IMG/VR virus record: IMGVR_UViG_3300042090_002148
DNA: 64,000 nucleotides
Source: a virus
Strand: one strand, 5' to 3'
Made by a program: the position numbers and the translations under genes. Shown here piece by piece: positions 52,146-61,583 of this stretch. Position 1 is the stretch's first letter, and the number at the start of each line of letters is the position of its first letter. Below the pieces are notes generated by a model. It ran no database searches, was not told the origin of the DNA, and worked only from the letters and a program-made list of their open reading frames with translations.

Positions 52146-52769
52146 CTAGCGGCGGTTCTTCTTGCTGCGGCGAGACGACTCCTCGGTGGTGGTTGCCTCG
52201 GCCGGCGTCTCCGCGGGCACCTCGGCAGACTCCTCGACGACGGGTGCTGCTGGCTCCGCCGACTCCTCGTTCATCGCGGCAGCGATGTTCTTCTCGAGCT
52301 CGGGATCGACCGGCCCGGGGATGACGGGGACGATGTTCTCCGGCGTGGGCTCCTCGTCCTTCAGCAGGTCCGGCTTGGCGCCCTTCGGGAGGATGCCGGG
52401 CTGGTTGCCGTCGTCGCCGAGCATGGGCGGGATCATGATGCCCGAGGGCTTGTCGTAGTTGACCGAGTCGAGGCGCTTCTTCACCAGCGGGGGCGGCATC
52501 TTCGGGGGCGCGGCCTTGAGCGTGCTGAGGTCCACGAGGCGGTCGTCGTGTGTGCGCACCTCGAAGATGTGCGAGGCGACCTTCTGGCGGAGCTCGGGGA
52601 GGCACTCCTGGAGCTGCTCCTCCGAGAGGTGCACGGGTCGTCCTGGGAGGACGCGCTGCTGGGACGTGCCGACGTGTTGCTTCAGACGCGGGTTCGCCGG
52701 CAGTCCGGCTCGGGCCCCCCTGTTGTGCCTTCCGTGCGCGACGTTGATGACTTTGTACATGGTGGCCAT
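52146..52769 (-). CDS. Hypothetical protein after the major capsid, acidic/Pro-rich tail
   Basis: ATG 52769 with GAGGAG RBS; TTTCAG-N17-TACACT upstream. Confidence 0.65.
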   Translation of the reverse strand: MATMYKVINVAHGRHNRGARAGLPANPRLKQHVGTSQQRVLPGRPVHLSEEQLQECLPELRQKVASHIFEVRTHDDRLVDLSTLKAAPPKMPPPLVKKRLDSVNYDKPSGIMIPPMLGDDGNQPGILPKGAKPDLLKDEEPTPENIVPVIPGPVDPELEKNIAAAMNEESAEPAAPVVEESAEVPAETPAEATTTEESSRRSKKNRR

Positions 52770-52818
52770 GGGGATCTCCTCACTCGAGTGTACGTCAGGG
52801 GACAGGTACCTGAAACGT

Positions 52819-52852
52819 CGAAAGGCAGCCTGGTCTCCCAAGCTGCCTCTCG
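52819..52852 (-). terminator. Hairpin after the major capsid gene
   Basis: CGAGAGGCAGC...GCTGCCTTTCG. Confidence 0.55.
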
Positions 52853-52888
52853 AGCGCCACCCATCCCAATGCGCCGAGGCGCCTTCGC

Positions 52889-54013
52889 TCAGTACGTGTT
52901 GACCTGGGGGAAGAAGAGCCCCGCGTCGACCTGGTTGTTCGGAGCGCCGAGAGCGTCCTCGCTGACCGGAATGAAGTTGGACAGGAGCGTGTCCGCGTTC
53001 GTGACGGGGTTCGCATCGGCGGAGTAGAGCTCCAGCTTGCGGACGGCCGCGATGTTCAGGAGTCCCATGCCCACGTCCTCCCAGGCCTGGAACGTGATGA
53101 CGTTCGCGATCTTGTCGATGTAGAACTTCGTGTTGTTCAGGATGTAGAACTTCCCGAAGAACTCCGGCTTCGTGAACACGTAGATGTTCCCGGGCCGCAG
53201 GATGTCCGTCTTGATCGTGCGGATGTACGCACGCCCGAGGAGCGTGTTGTACTTGTAGCCGTCGACCGCGGTCTCGGACTGGATGCGGTCGCCGAAGTCC
53301 TCGACCGTCCACTGGAGGACGTCGTCCCAGTCGACCTCCGTGGTCAGGAGGCGCTCCGAGCGGAGGCGATTCCCGTCCAGGAGCTTGAACAGGTTGACGA
53401 GGTCGGGGCGCTGAACCGGGCGCACCGTCGCGTCGTTGGTGGTCGCGTTGCGTGCGAGCTCGCCCTTGCGGATCGAGAACTCGACGACGTCGCCGGCCTT
53501 GATGTTGCTGGCGTTGAGCGCCGTCGCGACGCCGCCGTTGGCCTGCATCTGGAGGGCCTGGCACGCGGCCTCAGTGTTGATCGTGAACTCGTGGTCCTCG
53601 ATCTCCTGGATGTCCTTCACCGAGTTCTCCTCGATGATCTTGGTGATGGGCATCTCGTACGCGAGGAGCTCCTGCTCGGTCTTCTGGAAGACCTCGGAGC
53701 TGATCGTGTAGAACCCGATCTCCGCCTTGGGGCCGCGGATGAAGCGCGCCGTGGGGGTGCCACGGAAGTCCATCGTCATGGCCTTGGACTGGGGCTCGAT
53801 GTCCACGATCTTCACCAGCGTGTCGTGGTTGACGGAACGCTGGCAGTCCGTGCGGGTCACCTGCTCCGGCGGAAGGATCTTCCGTGTGAACGAGACCTCG
53901 CGAAGACGGTCGCGGATGTACGAGCCACCGTACTCTGCGAGCTTCTCCTTGGTGTCGCTCGAGCCGAGCTTGGTGCTGAACAGGTCGTTGAGAACGCGTG
54001 CCGGAACACTCAT
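52889..54013 (-). CDS. Major capsid protein (HK97 fold, inferred)
   Basis: 374 aa following protease/scaffold/decoration genes; IRDRLREVSFTRKIL, EIQEIED..F, LRPGNIYVFTKPEFFGKF; EKLA|E possible maturation site. Confidence 0.75.
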   Translation of the reverse strand: MSVPARVLNDLFSTKLGSSDTKEKLAEYGGSYIRDRLREVSFTRKILPPEQVTRTDCQRSVNHDTLVKIVDIEPQSKAMTMDFRGTPTARFIRGPKAEIGFYTISSEVFQKTEQELLAYEMPITKIIEENSVKDIQEIEDHEFTINTEAACQALQMQANGGVATALNASNIKAGDVVEFSIRKGELARNATTNDATVRPVQRPDLVNLFKLLDGNRLRSERLLTTEVDWDDVLQWTVEDFGDRIQSETAVDGYKYNTLLGRAYIRTIKTDILRPGNIYVFTKPEFFGKFYILNNTKFYIDKIANVITFQAWEDVGMGLLNIAAVRKLELYSADANPVTNADTLLSNFIPVSEDALGAPNNQVDAGLFFPQVNTY

Positions 54014-54047
54014 GTGAGTTGCCTCTTTCCTTTCCTGATGGTTCCGG

Positions 54048-54581
54048 TTACTGCGCGTAACCCGTCATGAACCGGAGTTGTCCACCGTTGCTGGTGGGGA
54101 GACGGGTGACGTACCCGACGATGGGATCCGTGTCGGAACCCACACCGCCGTGACCGACGAGCCCGCTGAACGAGCGGGAGCTGAACGTGACCGTCGCAAC
54201 CTTGAGGGGCTGCATGACGGTCGCGATGGCCGCTCCGCCGTGGACGACAGCCGCCGCATCGAAGATGCGGGTGTCGAACTCGTAGAAGCCGCCGAAGAGG
54301 AACGTCACCTTGTGCAGGGACATCGCCTGGGTGTCGTAGCGCCCCTTCTCGACGAAGACGGGGAAGCTGCGAACCGTCGCGTAGTCGGGCACCGGAGCCG
54401 CCACATCCGGCGTAGCGCGGATGAGCTGGTAGCTCGAGTTGATGGTGACCCACTCGCCATCGACGAGTGCGATGGCGTTGTTCGGGTTGCAGAGCGTCCC
54501 ATCCGCGAGCGGAAGCGCGCGGCGGTTGACGTCCAGGATGCTGGTAACGGGCTGGAAGTTGATCTTCTGCAGAGTCGACAT
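54048..54581 (-). CDS. Putative capsid decoration / cement protein
   Basis: 177 aa beta-rich gene immediately upstream of the major capsid. Confidence 0.5.
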   Translation of the reverse strand: MSTLQKINFQPVTSILDVNRRALPLADGTLCNPNNAIALVDGEWVTINSSYQLIRATPDVAAPVPDYATVRSFPVFVEKGRYDTQAMSLHKVTFLFGGFYEFDTRIFDAAAVVHGGAAIATVMQPLKVATVTFSSRSFSGLVGHGGVGSDTDPIVGYVTRLPTSNGGQLRFMTGYAQ

Positions 54582-54614
54582 GACGTAACTACTCCTTGGT
54601 GATGGGTGGGTCTG

Positions 54615-55001
54615 TCAGCCGACAGTACCGAGGATGTACCTCTCGAAGTCCGTGGTGCCTTGCGCGATGCCCTCCGATGCGTCGGAGGTCAACGACGCGA
54701 CCTTCATCCCCATGTCGGGACCAACGAGGTCCACGCCCTGCTCGATGGCATCGAGCTTCTCGGGGGTCGCCTCCGCCATCTTCTCGAGGCGGTCAGCGAG
54801 GACCTCGACGGAGGTGTCGAGGTCGATGCCCTTGTTGTGCATGTTGTGCGCGAGCTTCTCGACGCGGTCACGCGTCTCACGCGCGGCGAGCTTGCTCTGC
54901 AGGTCGTGGATGACCTCCTGCTGCGAGCGGAGGGTGGTCGCGGCGTCGGACATGACTTCCGCGAACTGGCTGGCTGCTGTCTTGTCCATGGTCTCCCTCA
55001 C
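54615..55001 (-). CDS. Small acidic coiled-coil scaffold-like protein
   Basis: DKTAAS, EKLAH, EKMAE and MKVAS motifs. Confidence 0.6.
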   Translation of the reverse strand: MRETMDKTAASQFAEVMSDAATTLRSQQEVIHDLQSKLAARETRDRVEKLAHNMHNKGIDLDTSVEVLADRLEKMAEATPEKLDAIEQGVDLVGPDMGMKVASLTSDASEGIAQGTTDFERYILGTVG

Positions 55002-56365
55002 GCCCCCTGCTTGCTGGGGTCTGCGTTGATGCCTTCGACGAGGCGGCCGAGAAGAACGCGAGCTGCCGCAGTCTTCACCGGGCCACCGGGCTCGGCGCTC
55101 GCGAACTTGGTGCCGGCCTTGCCCGTGTTCTCGAGGACGTCACGGAGCGTGCTGTCGTGCGCCATGCTGAGCGCCGGCTCGTTGAAGTACTTCCCGAGCT
55201 CCGCGCGGCGCGGACCGTGCGACTGCCCCTTCGTGTAGTTCTGGGCAGCCTCGTTGCTGCCCACGAGAGAGGTGGGGCCCTGGGGCGCGCCGCCGACAGG
55301 CTCACCGCCGGGCTGACCCGCGGCGCTGGTGTCCGGGGGAACTGCCGCACCGGCGGAGATCTGCGCCGGGTTGATGGCGTCCTCCGCGACCTTGGTGATG
55401 TGCTTCCGCAGGCCGTCGACGAGGCCCGCCATCTTTGCAGCGGCCTCCTTGTCCTTGTTCTCGGGCTCGGACTCGTGAGCCTTCTCCGCCTTGGCGAGAC
55501 CCTTCTCGGCCTCGCGCATCCCCTCGGTCTCCTTCTTCTCCGCCTCCGGGCTCGCGAGCTTGGCGCGGATGAGGCTGAGGGCCGAGCCCCGCTTCTCCGA
55601 GACGATGTTCTTCGGCATCTCCTTGTGGAGCTGCGGCGCATCGTTCTGGGTGTTCGCCATCTGCGTGGCGCCGTGCTCGGTGGGCATTGCCTTCTGCTCA
55701 CCGGGATTCTTGGGGACGATGTTGACGCCCTGACCGTGGTGGTCCTTGAGCGTCGCGCCGCCCATGGCCTCGGAGACGCCCGGGGGGTTGGTCACCTTCG
55801 ACTCGGTGAGGTTGTAGGGGCCGCCCATGCCGGAGGCCTCCTTGCGGAGAAGGTCCGCCCCGTAGTCGAGGGCAGCGGCGAGCTTGGTGACGGCCTCGTC
55901 GTCGATGAGCGCGAACGCCGAGGCCATCTTGCCCCCGCACGCGCACTTCTCCTTGCCGCACTTCTCGCACTTCTTCTTGTCCTCACCGGCGGTCTTCACC
56001 GCCTGGAGCTGTGCCTCCGTAGTGACGCGGACGCGCTCGGCAGTCTTGGCCACCGCCGTCTTCACCATCGAACTCAGACTCGCGCGACCTGCAAGGCTTC
56101 CCATGGACTCTTCTCCGTGTGCCAACTTCGGCAGCATCTCAGCACCCCGCGGGGGCGCACTCTTCTGTTCGCTTGCTCCCGCATCCGGAACGGTGGGGAG
56201 ACCGGTGTTCACGCGCGAGTAGTTGGTCCGAGGCCCCATGCCTGCGGGCCCGCGCTTTCCGGGTGCCAGTGTGGGTTCGATGCTGGGTGTGGGGAGAGGG
56301 GCGGACGCGCTCATGCCCGTCGATGAAGGCATGGGGTTCTCCCCCGTCTTCACCAGCTTGAGCAT
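54998..56365 (-). CDS. Scaffold/core protein rich in K-x-A sites (start uncertain: 56365 or 56104)
   Basis: KTAV, KTAE, KTAG, KMAS, KLAA, KEAS, KLAS, KEAA, KMAG, KVAE, KFAS, KTAA. Confidence 0.6.
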   Translation of the reverse strand: MLKLVKTGENPMPSSTGMSASAPLPTPSIEPTLAPGKRGPAGMGPRTNYSRVNTGLPTVPDAGASEQKSAPPRGAEMLPKLAHGEESMGSLAGRASLSSMVKTAVAKTAERVRVTTEAQLQAVKTAGEDKKKCEKCGKEKCACGGKMASAFALIDDEAVTKLAAALDYGADLLRKEASGMGGPYNLTESKVTNPPGVSEAMGGATLKDHHGQGVNIVPKNPGEQKAMPTEHGATQMANTQNDAPQLHKEMPKNIVSEKRGSALSLIRAKLASPEAEKKETEGMREAEKGLAKAEKAHESEPENKDKEAAAKMAGLVDGLRKHITKVAEDAINPAQISAGAAVPPDTSAAGQPGGEPVGGAPQGPTSLVGSNEAAQNYTKGQSHGPRRAELGKYFNEPALSMAHDSTLRDVLENTGKAGTKFASAEPGGPVKTAAARVLLGRLVEGINADPSKQGA

Positions 56366-56393
56366 GTTCACGGCCGTCCATCTCCCTTCTCCT

Positions 56394-57350
56394 TCAGGTC
56401 GCTGCCGGGTCGTTCCAGGTGACGGGGTACCCCGCAGCCTCGAGGATCTCGAGGGCACGGATGTCGACGCCGACCTGGTAGTTGGGGGCCGAGGCGACCT
56501 TCTCGCTCTCGCCGAGGAGGCCGAGCTCGAGGACGGCGGCGACCTTGCGGCCTGCCTCCTCGACGTCGAAGGTGCCGTCCGCGGCAACCATCTCGACTGC
56601 GCGCTCCGCGCCGAGCTCGTCGAGAGCCGACGCGTGCTTCTTGTGGTGGTGCGCAGCAGCTGCTCCCGCGCCCGCCGCGGCAGCGCCGCCAGCGACAGCC
56701 GCTCCGCCGACCGCCTTGGCGTGGCTGGGCTTCATGTTGTGGGTGCCGACGCCGGTGGCCTTCTCGGTGATCTTCTTGCCGAGGTGCTCGAGGCCCTTGC
56801 CCGCCTTGTCGGCGACGCGACCCGCAGCCTCACCCACGGCATGGGCGCCGTGGCGAACCGCCTCACCGGCGTCGTGCGCCGCCATGTGCGGCCCCTTGCC
56901 CGTGAGCTTCTTGAAGGCTTCGGCGGCGCCGGCCTCCTTGATGTAGCCGCGCTCTTGCTCGAAGGAGTGCGCCATGACGCGCCCGAGGTAGTCGGCCTTG
57001 GCGATGTCCGCGGCCATCGCGGTCTTCTCCGCGAACTCCGCAGCAGCCGCCGCGTGCTTCTTCTCCTCCTCTTCCTTCTTCTTCTCCTCTTCCTTCTTCT
57101 CGTCCTTGGGCGGCTCGTGAGCCGGCTCCTCCGAGGCGAGCTTGGCGACCTCGGCCTGGAACTCCCCGTAGAGGGTCTGGACGTCCGCGTCGGACATCGA
57201 GTTCAGGTCGATCTGCTGGTCGCTGGCGACCTTCAGGAAGAGCTCGACGGAGGCGACCTTCTCGGCCTCTTCGTCGGTGACCGCGCTGGCTTGCTTGGTG
57301 CCGTAGAACTGCGCGAGAGATTCGTTCATCTGGGGTGCGGTAGCGGGCAT
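56394..57350 (-). CDS. Scaffold/core protein
   Basis: 318 aa; KQAS, KVAS x3, KLAS, KEAG, KHAS; EKKEEEKKKEEEEKK tract. Confidence 0.65.
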   Translation of the reverse strand: MPATAPQMNESLAQFYGTKQASAVTDEEAEKVASVELFLKVASDQQIDLNSMSDADVQTLYGEFQAEVAKLASEEPAHEPPKDEKKEEEKKKEEEEKKHAAAAAEFAEKTAMAADIAKADYLGRVMAHSFEQERGYIKEAGAAEAFKKLTGKGPHMAAHDAGEAVRHGAHAVGEAAGRVADKAGKGLEHLGKKITEKATGVGTHNMKPSHAKAVGGAAVAGGAAAAGAGAAAAHHHKKHASALDELGAERAVEMVAADGTFDVEEAGRKVAAVLELGLLGESEKVASAPNYQVGVDIRALEILEAAGYPVTWNDPAAT

Positions 57351-59044
57351 CAGACTTCTCCAGTGGGCACGGGCCGAGTGTTCGAGGGTGTTCCCTCTAC
57401 TGCCGTTGCGACGGTGTCAGACGGTACACCAACTTCATCCCAGTAGGCCAGTTTGAGGTAGCTCGCTGAGAGGGGCGTGAACAGTGAATCAACACTGACT
57501 GACGCCAGCTTACGCGTCTGCGCCGTCTTCGCCAACTGCGAAGAAGAAACAAACTCTTGGGCGTGAGCGACGAGGTCCATGATTCCGGTTCGATACCCGT
57601 TGTAGGCAGCTCCTATCTTACGCAGCGAGACTGAAGGAAGGGAAGAAGTCGAGGCGCGCTTCTCTTTCGGCTCGTCATGCGTAAGTAGAATCCGCTGTTC
57701 TACTTGTGGTCCAAAGGCAGAACGTTCTGCGAGAAGAGGCAGCAGTAGATGCGCCAGTGTCTCGGAGAAGAACTGCGGACCCATCGGTACGTCCAGGGTC
57801 TCTTCGGTCTTCGGGAAGACCGTTCCTTTGCGTTCCAACTCATTCGCGAGAGGACGTTGTCCCATCTGAATGAGGATGATGCGCTGGAACTCCCGTGGCC
57901 GAAGAACCATCCCCAGACTCGTGGGTGTGGACAGCGCTTCTTCGAGAGGAGAGTCCCCCAGGATGTCGAGGATGTCCTTCGGGATGTCGCGCTCGTTTGC
58001 AGTGAGAACAGGCACCGCCTTGGCTGCGAACTGACTCGGCAGAACATCCTTGGTGATCTCGGCGCCCTTGTCCTTGGCGCCTTTGAAGAACACGGCTGCG
58101 AGTTTGTCGCCCTCGGGGATGGACTCATCGTAGCCGAGCTTCTCGGCGAGCTCAGCACCGCCCATGAAGAAGTACGACTTCCCCTCGCCGGCGATCTTCA
58201 TCATCACCTTGGCCGTCTTGTCGGCGCCGATGAAGACGAAGCTGATGTCGAAGAAGCGCGGGTAGTCGTTGAAGACGAAGACCTTGCGCCCGTCCGGAAG
58301 AATCCGATTCAGGTTCTTCCTGGTGAACTCGTCGTAGTCGTTGCGTGTGATGGACACGCCGGGGATGCCGTAACCTGTCCGCTTCTGCAGCTCCTTGTGG
58401 AACTGGAGGACCGCATCCCCGGGAGAGCGATGCCGCTTCTTGTCGAAGGTGGCCTGCGCCTTCCGGTACATGTCCCAGTCGAGGGTGATGGACGACGTGT
58501 CGAACGGAACACGGGTGCCCATCGAGACGTCAACGAACTGTCCGGCGTGGAGCTTGTCCCACACCCCCGTGCCGCCGAACTGCTGGCACTTGTCCTGGTC
58601 AACGCGTACCACGAGCTCGACGCGCTTCATGCGCGGATGCCAGGCCGCGAGCTCCACGTCCCCGAACGCGCGCTTCGCATCCTTGTTCCGATGGTGAGCG
58701 AACGGGTGCGCGTTGTAGAACGTCGGGAACCCGTAGGCCCAGTCCTTCGCCTTGATCCTGTCGAGCAGTGGGTTGCCCGTCCAGTCATCCGGCTTGTGGA
58801 TGAGGGACTCCTCGGTGAAGGCGTCGCCATTGACGTTGGCTCCCCAGAACTCGCTTGCCCCCATCGCGTTGACGAGGACGTACTGCGAGTTCTTGCTGGG
58901 CTTCAGCGACGCGATGTACTGCGACACCTCCGGCAGGAGCGTGGGTGCCGCTGTCTTCTCGAACACCGCGTCGGAAGGGCCGAAGAGCGGGAACGTGTGG
59001 ATTCCCTTCTCGTCCTCCCCGCGAAACAACGCCACCTTGAGCAT
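57350..59044 (-). CDS. Prohead (capsid maturation) protease, inferred
   Basis: AHPFAHHRNK (His), VELVVRVD, DVSMG (Ser), FFDISFV..GADKTA; first gene of the protease-scaffold-decoration-capsid block. Confidence 0.65.
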   Translation of the reverse strand: MLKVALFRGEDEKGIHTFPLFGPSDAVFEKTAAPTLLPEVSQYIASLKPSKNSQYVLVNAMGASEFWGANVNGDAFTEESLIHKPDDWTGNPLLDRIKAKDWAYGFPTFYNAHPFAHHRNKDAKRAFGDVELAAWHPRMKRVELVVRVDQDKCQQFGGTGVWDKLHAGQFVDVSMGTRVPFDTSSITLDWDMYRKAQATFDKKRHRSPGDAVLQFHKELQKRTGYGIPGVSITRNDYDEFTRKNLNRILPDGRKVFVFNDYPRFFDISFVFIGADKTAKVMMKIAGEGKSYFFMGGAELAEKLGYDESIPEGDKLAAVFFKGAKDKGAEITKDVLPSQFAAKAVPVLTANERDIPKDILDILGDSPLEEALSTPTSLGMVLRPREFQRIILIQMGQRPLANELERKGTVFPKTEETLDVPMGPQFFSETLAHLLLPLLAERSAFGPQVEQRILLTHDEPKEKRASTSSLPSVSLRKIGAAYNGYRTGIMDLVAHAQEFVSSSQLAKTAQTRKLASVSVDSLFTPLSASYLKLAYWDEVGVPSDTVATAVEGTPSNTRPVPTGEV

Positions 59045-59053
59045 GACGAGCGA

Positions 59054-59599
59054 CTACTCCTCGCGGCTCTGCCCCTGCGGACGAGGCACGCCGGGATCGT
59101 GCTTCATGCCCTTCTGCGCAGCTCCCATCATGACGTGCCCGAGCGACGGCTCGTTGCCGCCCGAGTTGCCGAGCATCTTGCGGCGTGAGTCGAGAGCCCC
59201 TCCGATGAGGCCGTTCACTCCCTGCGGGCTGCCGACCATCTGACGGACGTACGCACCTGCGACCGTGGGGTCTGCCGAGAACTCGGGCGCGAAGGTGCGC
59301 AGCGTGGAGAACATTCGGTTCACCGTGCGCGGGTCGTTCTGGTGCATCTCGTGGAGGTCCTCGTTCTCCGCGAGCATGTTCCTGAAGTCGCGTGCCTTGG
59401 TGGCTGCGTCGTAGATGGCGTGTCCCGCCATGCCGACCGCTGCGACGGCGCCGGCACCGAGAGCTGCTGCCCCAGCACCGACGATGCTTCCGGCGAGGTT
59501 CTTCGGAGCCATCACCGCCTTGGCCGCCTGGCCGAAGGCCTGTCCGTACCCAGCGGCCTTCTTCTCGAGGTACTCCGTCAGCGGGTTCTCACTGGCCAT
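59054..59599 (-). CDS. Putative head protein (YLEKKAAG, Gly-zipper)
   Basis: From ATG 59599. Confidence 0.6.
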   Translation of the reverse strand: MASENPLTEYLEKKAAGYGQAFGQAAKAVMAPKNLAGSIVGAGAAALGAGAVAAVGMAGHAIYDAATKARDFRNMLAENEDLHEMHQNDPRTVNRMFSTLRTFAPEFSADPTVAGAYVRQMVGSPQGVNGLIGGALDSRRKMLGNSGGNEPSLGHVMMGAAQKGMKHDPGVPRPQGQSREE

Positions 59600-60809
59600 T
59601 CTGGATTCTCCACTCGTGTTCTTGCTGCGCCTGAGTGCCGGGGACCTGCTGAGCGACGGTGCGGACCGTGGCGCGTGCCGCACGCGCCGGAAGGCTGGGG
59701 CTGTTCTGGTAGTGGGTGTACGCCTCGTTGGCTGCCATGCCGGCCGCCAGATGCGGCGCGTACTTCGTGGCGGCTCCTGCGAGAGTGCCGGCGAGCGGGT
59801 GGATGTGCTTGGAGACCGCCTTGTCCACGGCGCCACCCGCTTCCGCTGCAGCGCCCGTGATGCCCTTGATGACCTTGCCCGCGGTGGAGTCGGCCTGCTT
59901 GAGGATGCCGGTGAGGCCGTTGTGGTTCGCGACCACATCCTTCCGAACCTCGCGCGCCTCGGCGAGCTTGCCGAGGATGCCGCAGAAGTCCGCGAAGTCG
60001 ACGACGAGCTCGTGCTCGGCGTTCACCAGGCTGCCCTGGCTAGCCACCTTGTCGAGAGAGGAGAGCATCTCTTCTCCGCCGTGGAACACCCCCTCACGCA
60101 GGAGGCGCGGCGTCATGAGCTCGAAGGCGACCTTGATGTGCTCCTCCGTCGGAGCCACGGTCTCCCAGGCCTGCATGATCTGTCCGAGCGAGACGTTGCT
60201 GAGCGCCGCCTGCTTCACGTGGTGGTAGACCTGGTCGCCGCACTCGGCGTACGCGATCTCGAGGCCGCTGATCTCGGTGAGGAGATGGTCCGCTGCGCCA
60301 GCGAGCTTGTCACGCAGGTCGATGATGGGACCGTACGGGTTGGCGAAGGGCTCCTCTACTGAGGCCTCCTTGACGCCGAACGCCTCACGCAGGAGCGCAT
60401 CGTCATCCTCCGCCGAGGCCGTCTTCGTGTGACCCCCGTGAGAGGGGGGCGAACTGTAGTCGAGCGTGCCGCGGTCGAAAACAGAACCACCGCCTCCATC
60501 ATTCAGGTCTTTCAGGATGTCGCTTATGTTCGCGGGGCCGCCCTCGAACTCGATGACCCGGTGAGCCGAGCCCTCCTTCTTGAACTCGGTCAGGAAGGCC
60601 GATGTGTTGGCGAACTCCACCACCCGCTTCACCTGCTCGGGGGAGAGCTGCGCCTGCTTCACGATCGAGGTCACCGCCTCGGTGAGCGTTGGGTAGACCG
60701 CCTTCTCCCAGTCTGCCGCGGCCTTCTTCCCCATCAGCTCGAGGTGTTCGCCGGAGACGGGGTGGGCGTGCGTCTGCTGGAGACGGGCTTGTGTCGGCAT
60801 CTCGCTCAT
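59589..60809 (-). CDS. Putative head/core protein
   Basis: 406 aa; KQAQ, KTAS, KEAS, KLAG, KQAA, KVAS, KLAE, KQAD. Confidence 0.65.
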   Translation of the reverse strand: MSEMPTQARLQQTHAHPVSGEHLELMGKKAAADWEKAVYPTLTEAVTSIVKQAQLSPEQVKRVVEFANTSAFLTEFKKEGSAHRVIEFEGGPANISDILKDLNDGGGGSVFDRGTLDYSSPPSHGGHTKTASAEDDDALLREAFGVKEASVEEPFANPYGPIIDLRDKLAGAADHLLTEISGLEIAYAECGDQVYHHVKQAALSNVSLGQIMQAWETVAPTEEHIKVAFELMTPRLLREGVFHGGEEMLSSLDKVASQGSLVNAEHELVVDFADFCGILGKLAEAREVRKDVVANHNGLTGILKQADSTAGKVIKGITGAAAEAGGAVDKAVSKHIHPLAGTLAGAATKYAPHLAAGMAANEAYTHYQNSPSLPARAARATVRTVAQQVPGTQAQQEHEWRIQNGQ

Positions 60810-60816
60810 GCTTCAG

Positions 60817-60846
60817 AGTGTACTGCACCATCTCGCCGATTCACAA
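60817..60846 (-). promoter_or_regulatory. Sigma70-like promoter TTGTGA-N18-TACACT for the head operon
   Basis: CAGTACAC core shared with the 28611 promoter. Confidence 0.4.
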
Positions 60847-60857
60847 CCCGAGGAGTC

Positions 60858-61583
60858 ATGCCGAAACCCGAACCAAGTGAGTACGTGACCAGGGACGAGG
60901 CAGCCGAGCTCCTGGGAGTAGGAGCCGACACCATCACGCGGTGGACGAAGACGGGCCGACTTGTGTCGGCTTCGCTCGAAAAGAGCGGGCCCAAGGGAGG
61001 ACGGCCTCGCGTTCTGTACAAGCGGGTGCACATCATGGAGATGGCGACACTTCTCGCCAACGAGCCCGACATGGCGCAGACGCACGCGCTCGGTCTGAGG
61101 AACGCCGCGTCTGTCTCCACCCTCGAGCGGCGGGTCGACGAGATCTACGACGCCATGGGCCTGGGCGTCGCCTCCCTGCCGACGGACGAGAGCTCTGTCC
61201 GCGCGCTGCTCCAAGAGACCAACTACTCCCCGGACCGACAGCAGCTACGGGCAATCACGTGGGTACGTCTGTGGGGCTCCCGCTTCTTCGGCATGAACAC
61301 CTTCTACTTCGAGCTCGCAGAACGAGTGCGACCGGATGCCTGGCAGTGCTACGCCGGCTTTGGGGACCTCATCGAGTACCGCGCTCACGACCTACTCGAA
61401 GAGGTCATCCAGCGCGATCCGGAGCTTGTACGCGCGTACAAGTACCTCGCCGCGGCGAAGCGGCACCTCCACTACCAGAGCTTCATGTACTGCGTGCAGC
61501 ACCACGGCCTGAAGGCGACTGTCGCTCAGCTGGGTCGCCCACCGAACGCCATCGCAGAAGTCTCTGCGCTGCTGATGAACTAG
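60858..61583 (+). CDS. MerR/excisionase-like winged-HTH protein with helical C-terminal domain
   Basis: YVTRDEAAELLGVGADTITRWTKTGRL...GGRPRVLY; GAGGAG RBS. Confidence 0.7.
   Translation: MPKPEPSEYVTRDEAAELLGVGADTITRWTKTGRLVSASLEKSGPKGGRPRVLYKRVHIMEMATLLANEPDMAQTHALGLRNAASVSTLERRVDEIYDAMGLGVASLPTDESSVRALLQETNYSPDRQQLRAITWVRLWGSRFFGMNTFYFELAERVRPDAWQCYAGFGDLIEYRAHDLLEEVIQRDPELVRAYKYLAAAKRHLHYQSFMYCVQHHGLKATVAQLGRPPNAIAEVSALLMN

Noticed and set aside
52146-53564. 472-aa ORF spanning the major capsid gene as a capsid frameshift extension
   Set aside because: No slippery site was seen at the capsid 3' end; a terminator, promoter and RBS precede ATG 52769, so the downstream gene is independent.
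56139-56381. 80-aa ORF with a strong AAGGAG RBS (MDGREHAQ...)
   Set aside because: Arg/His-rich shadow-like composition, while the overlapping frame (MLKLVKTGENPM...) carries head-protein motifs; start assignment here is left uncertain.
60858-61583. Integration/excision module (Xis-like HTH)
   Set aside because: No integrase, att-like repeat or host gene in the window; only the HTH fold is supported.
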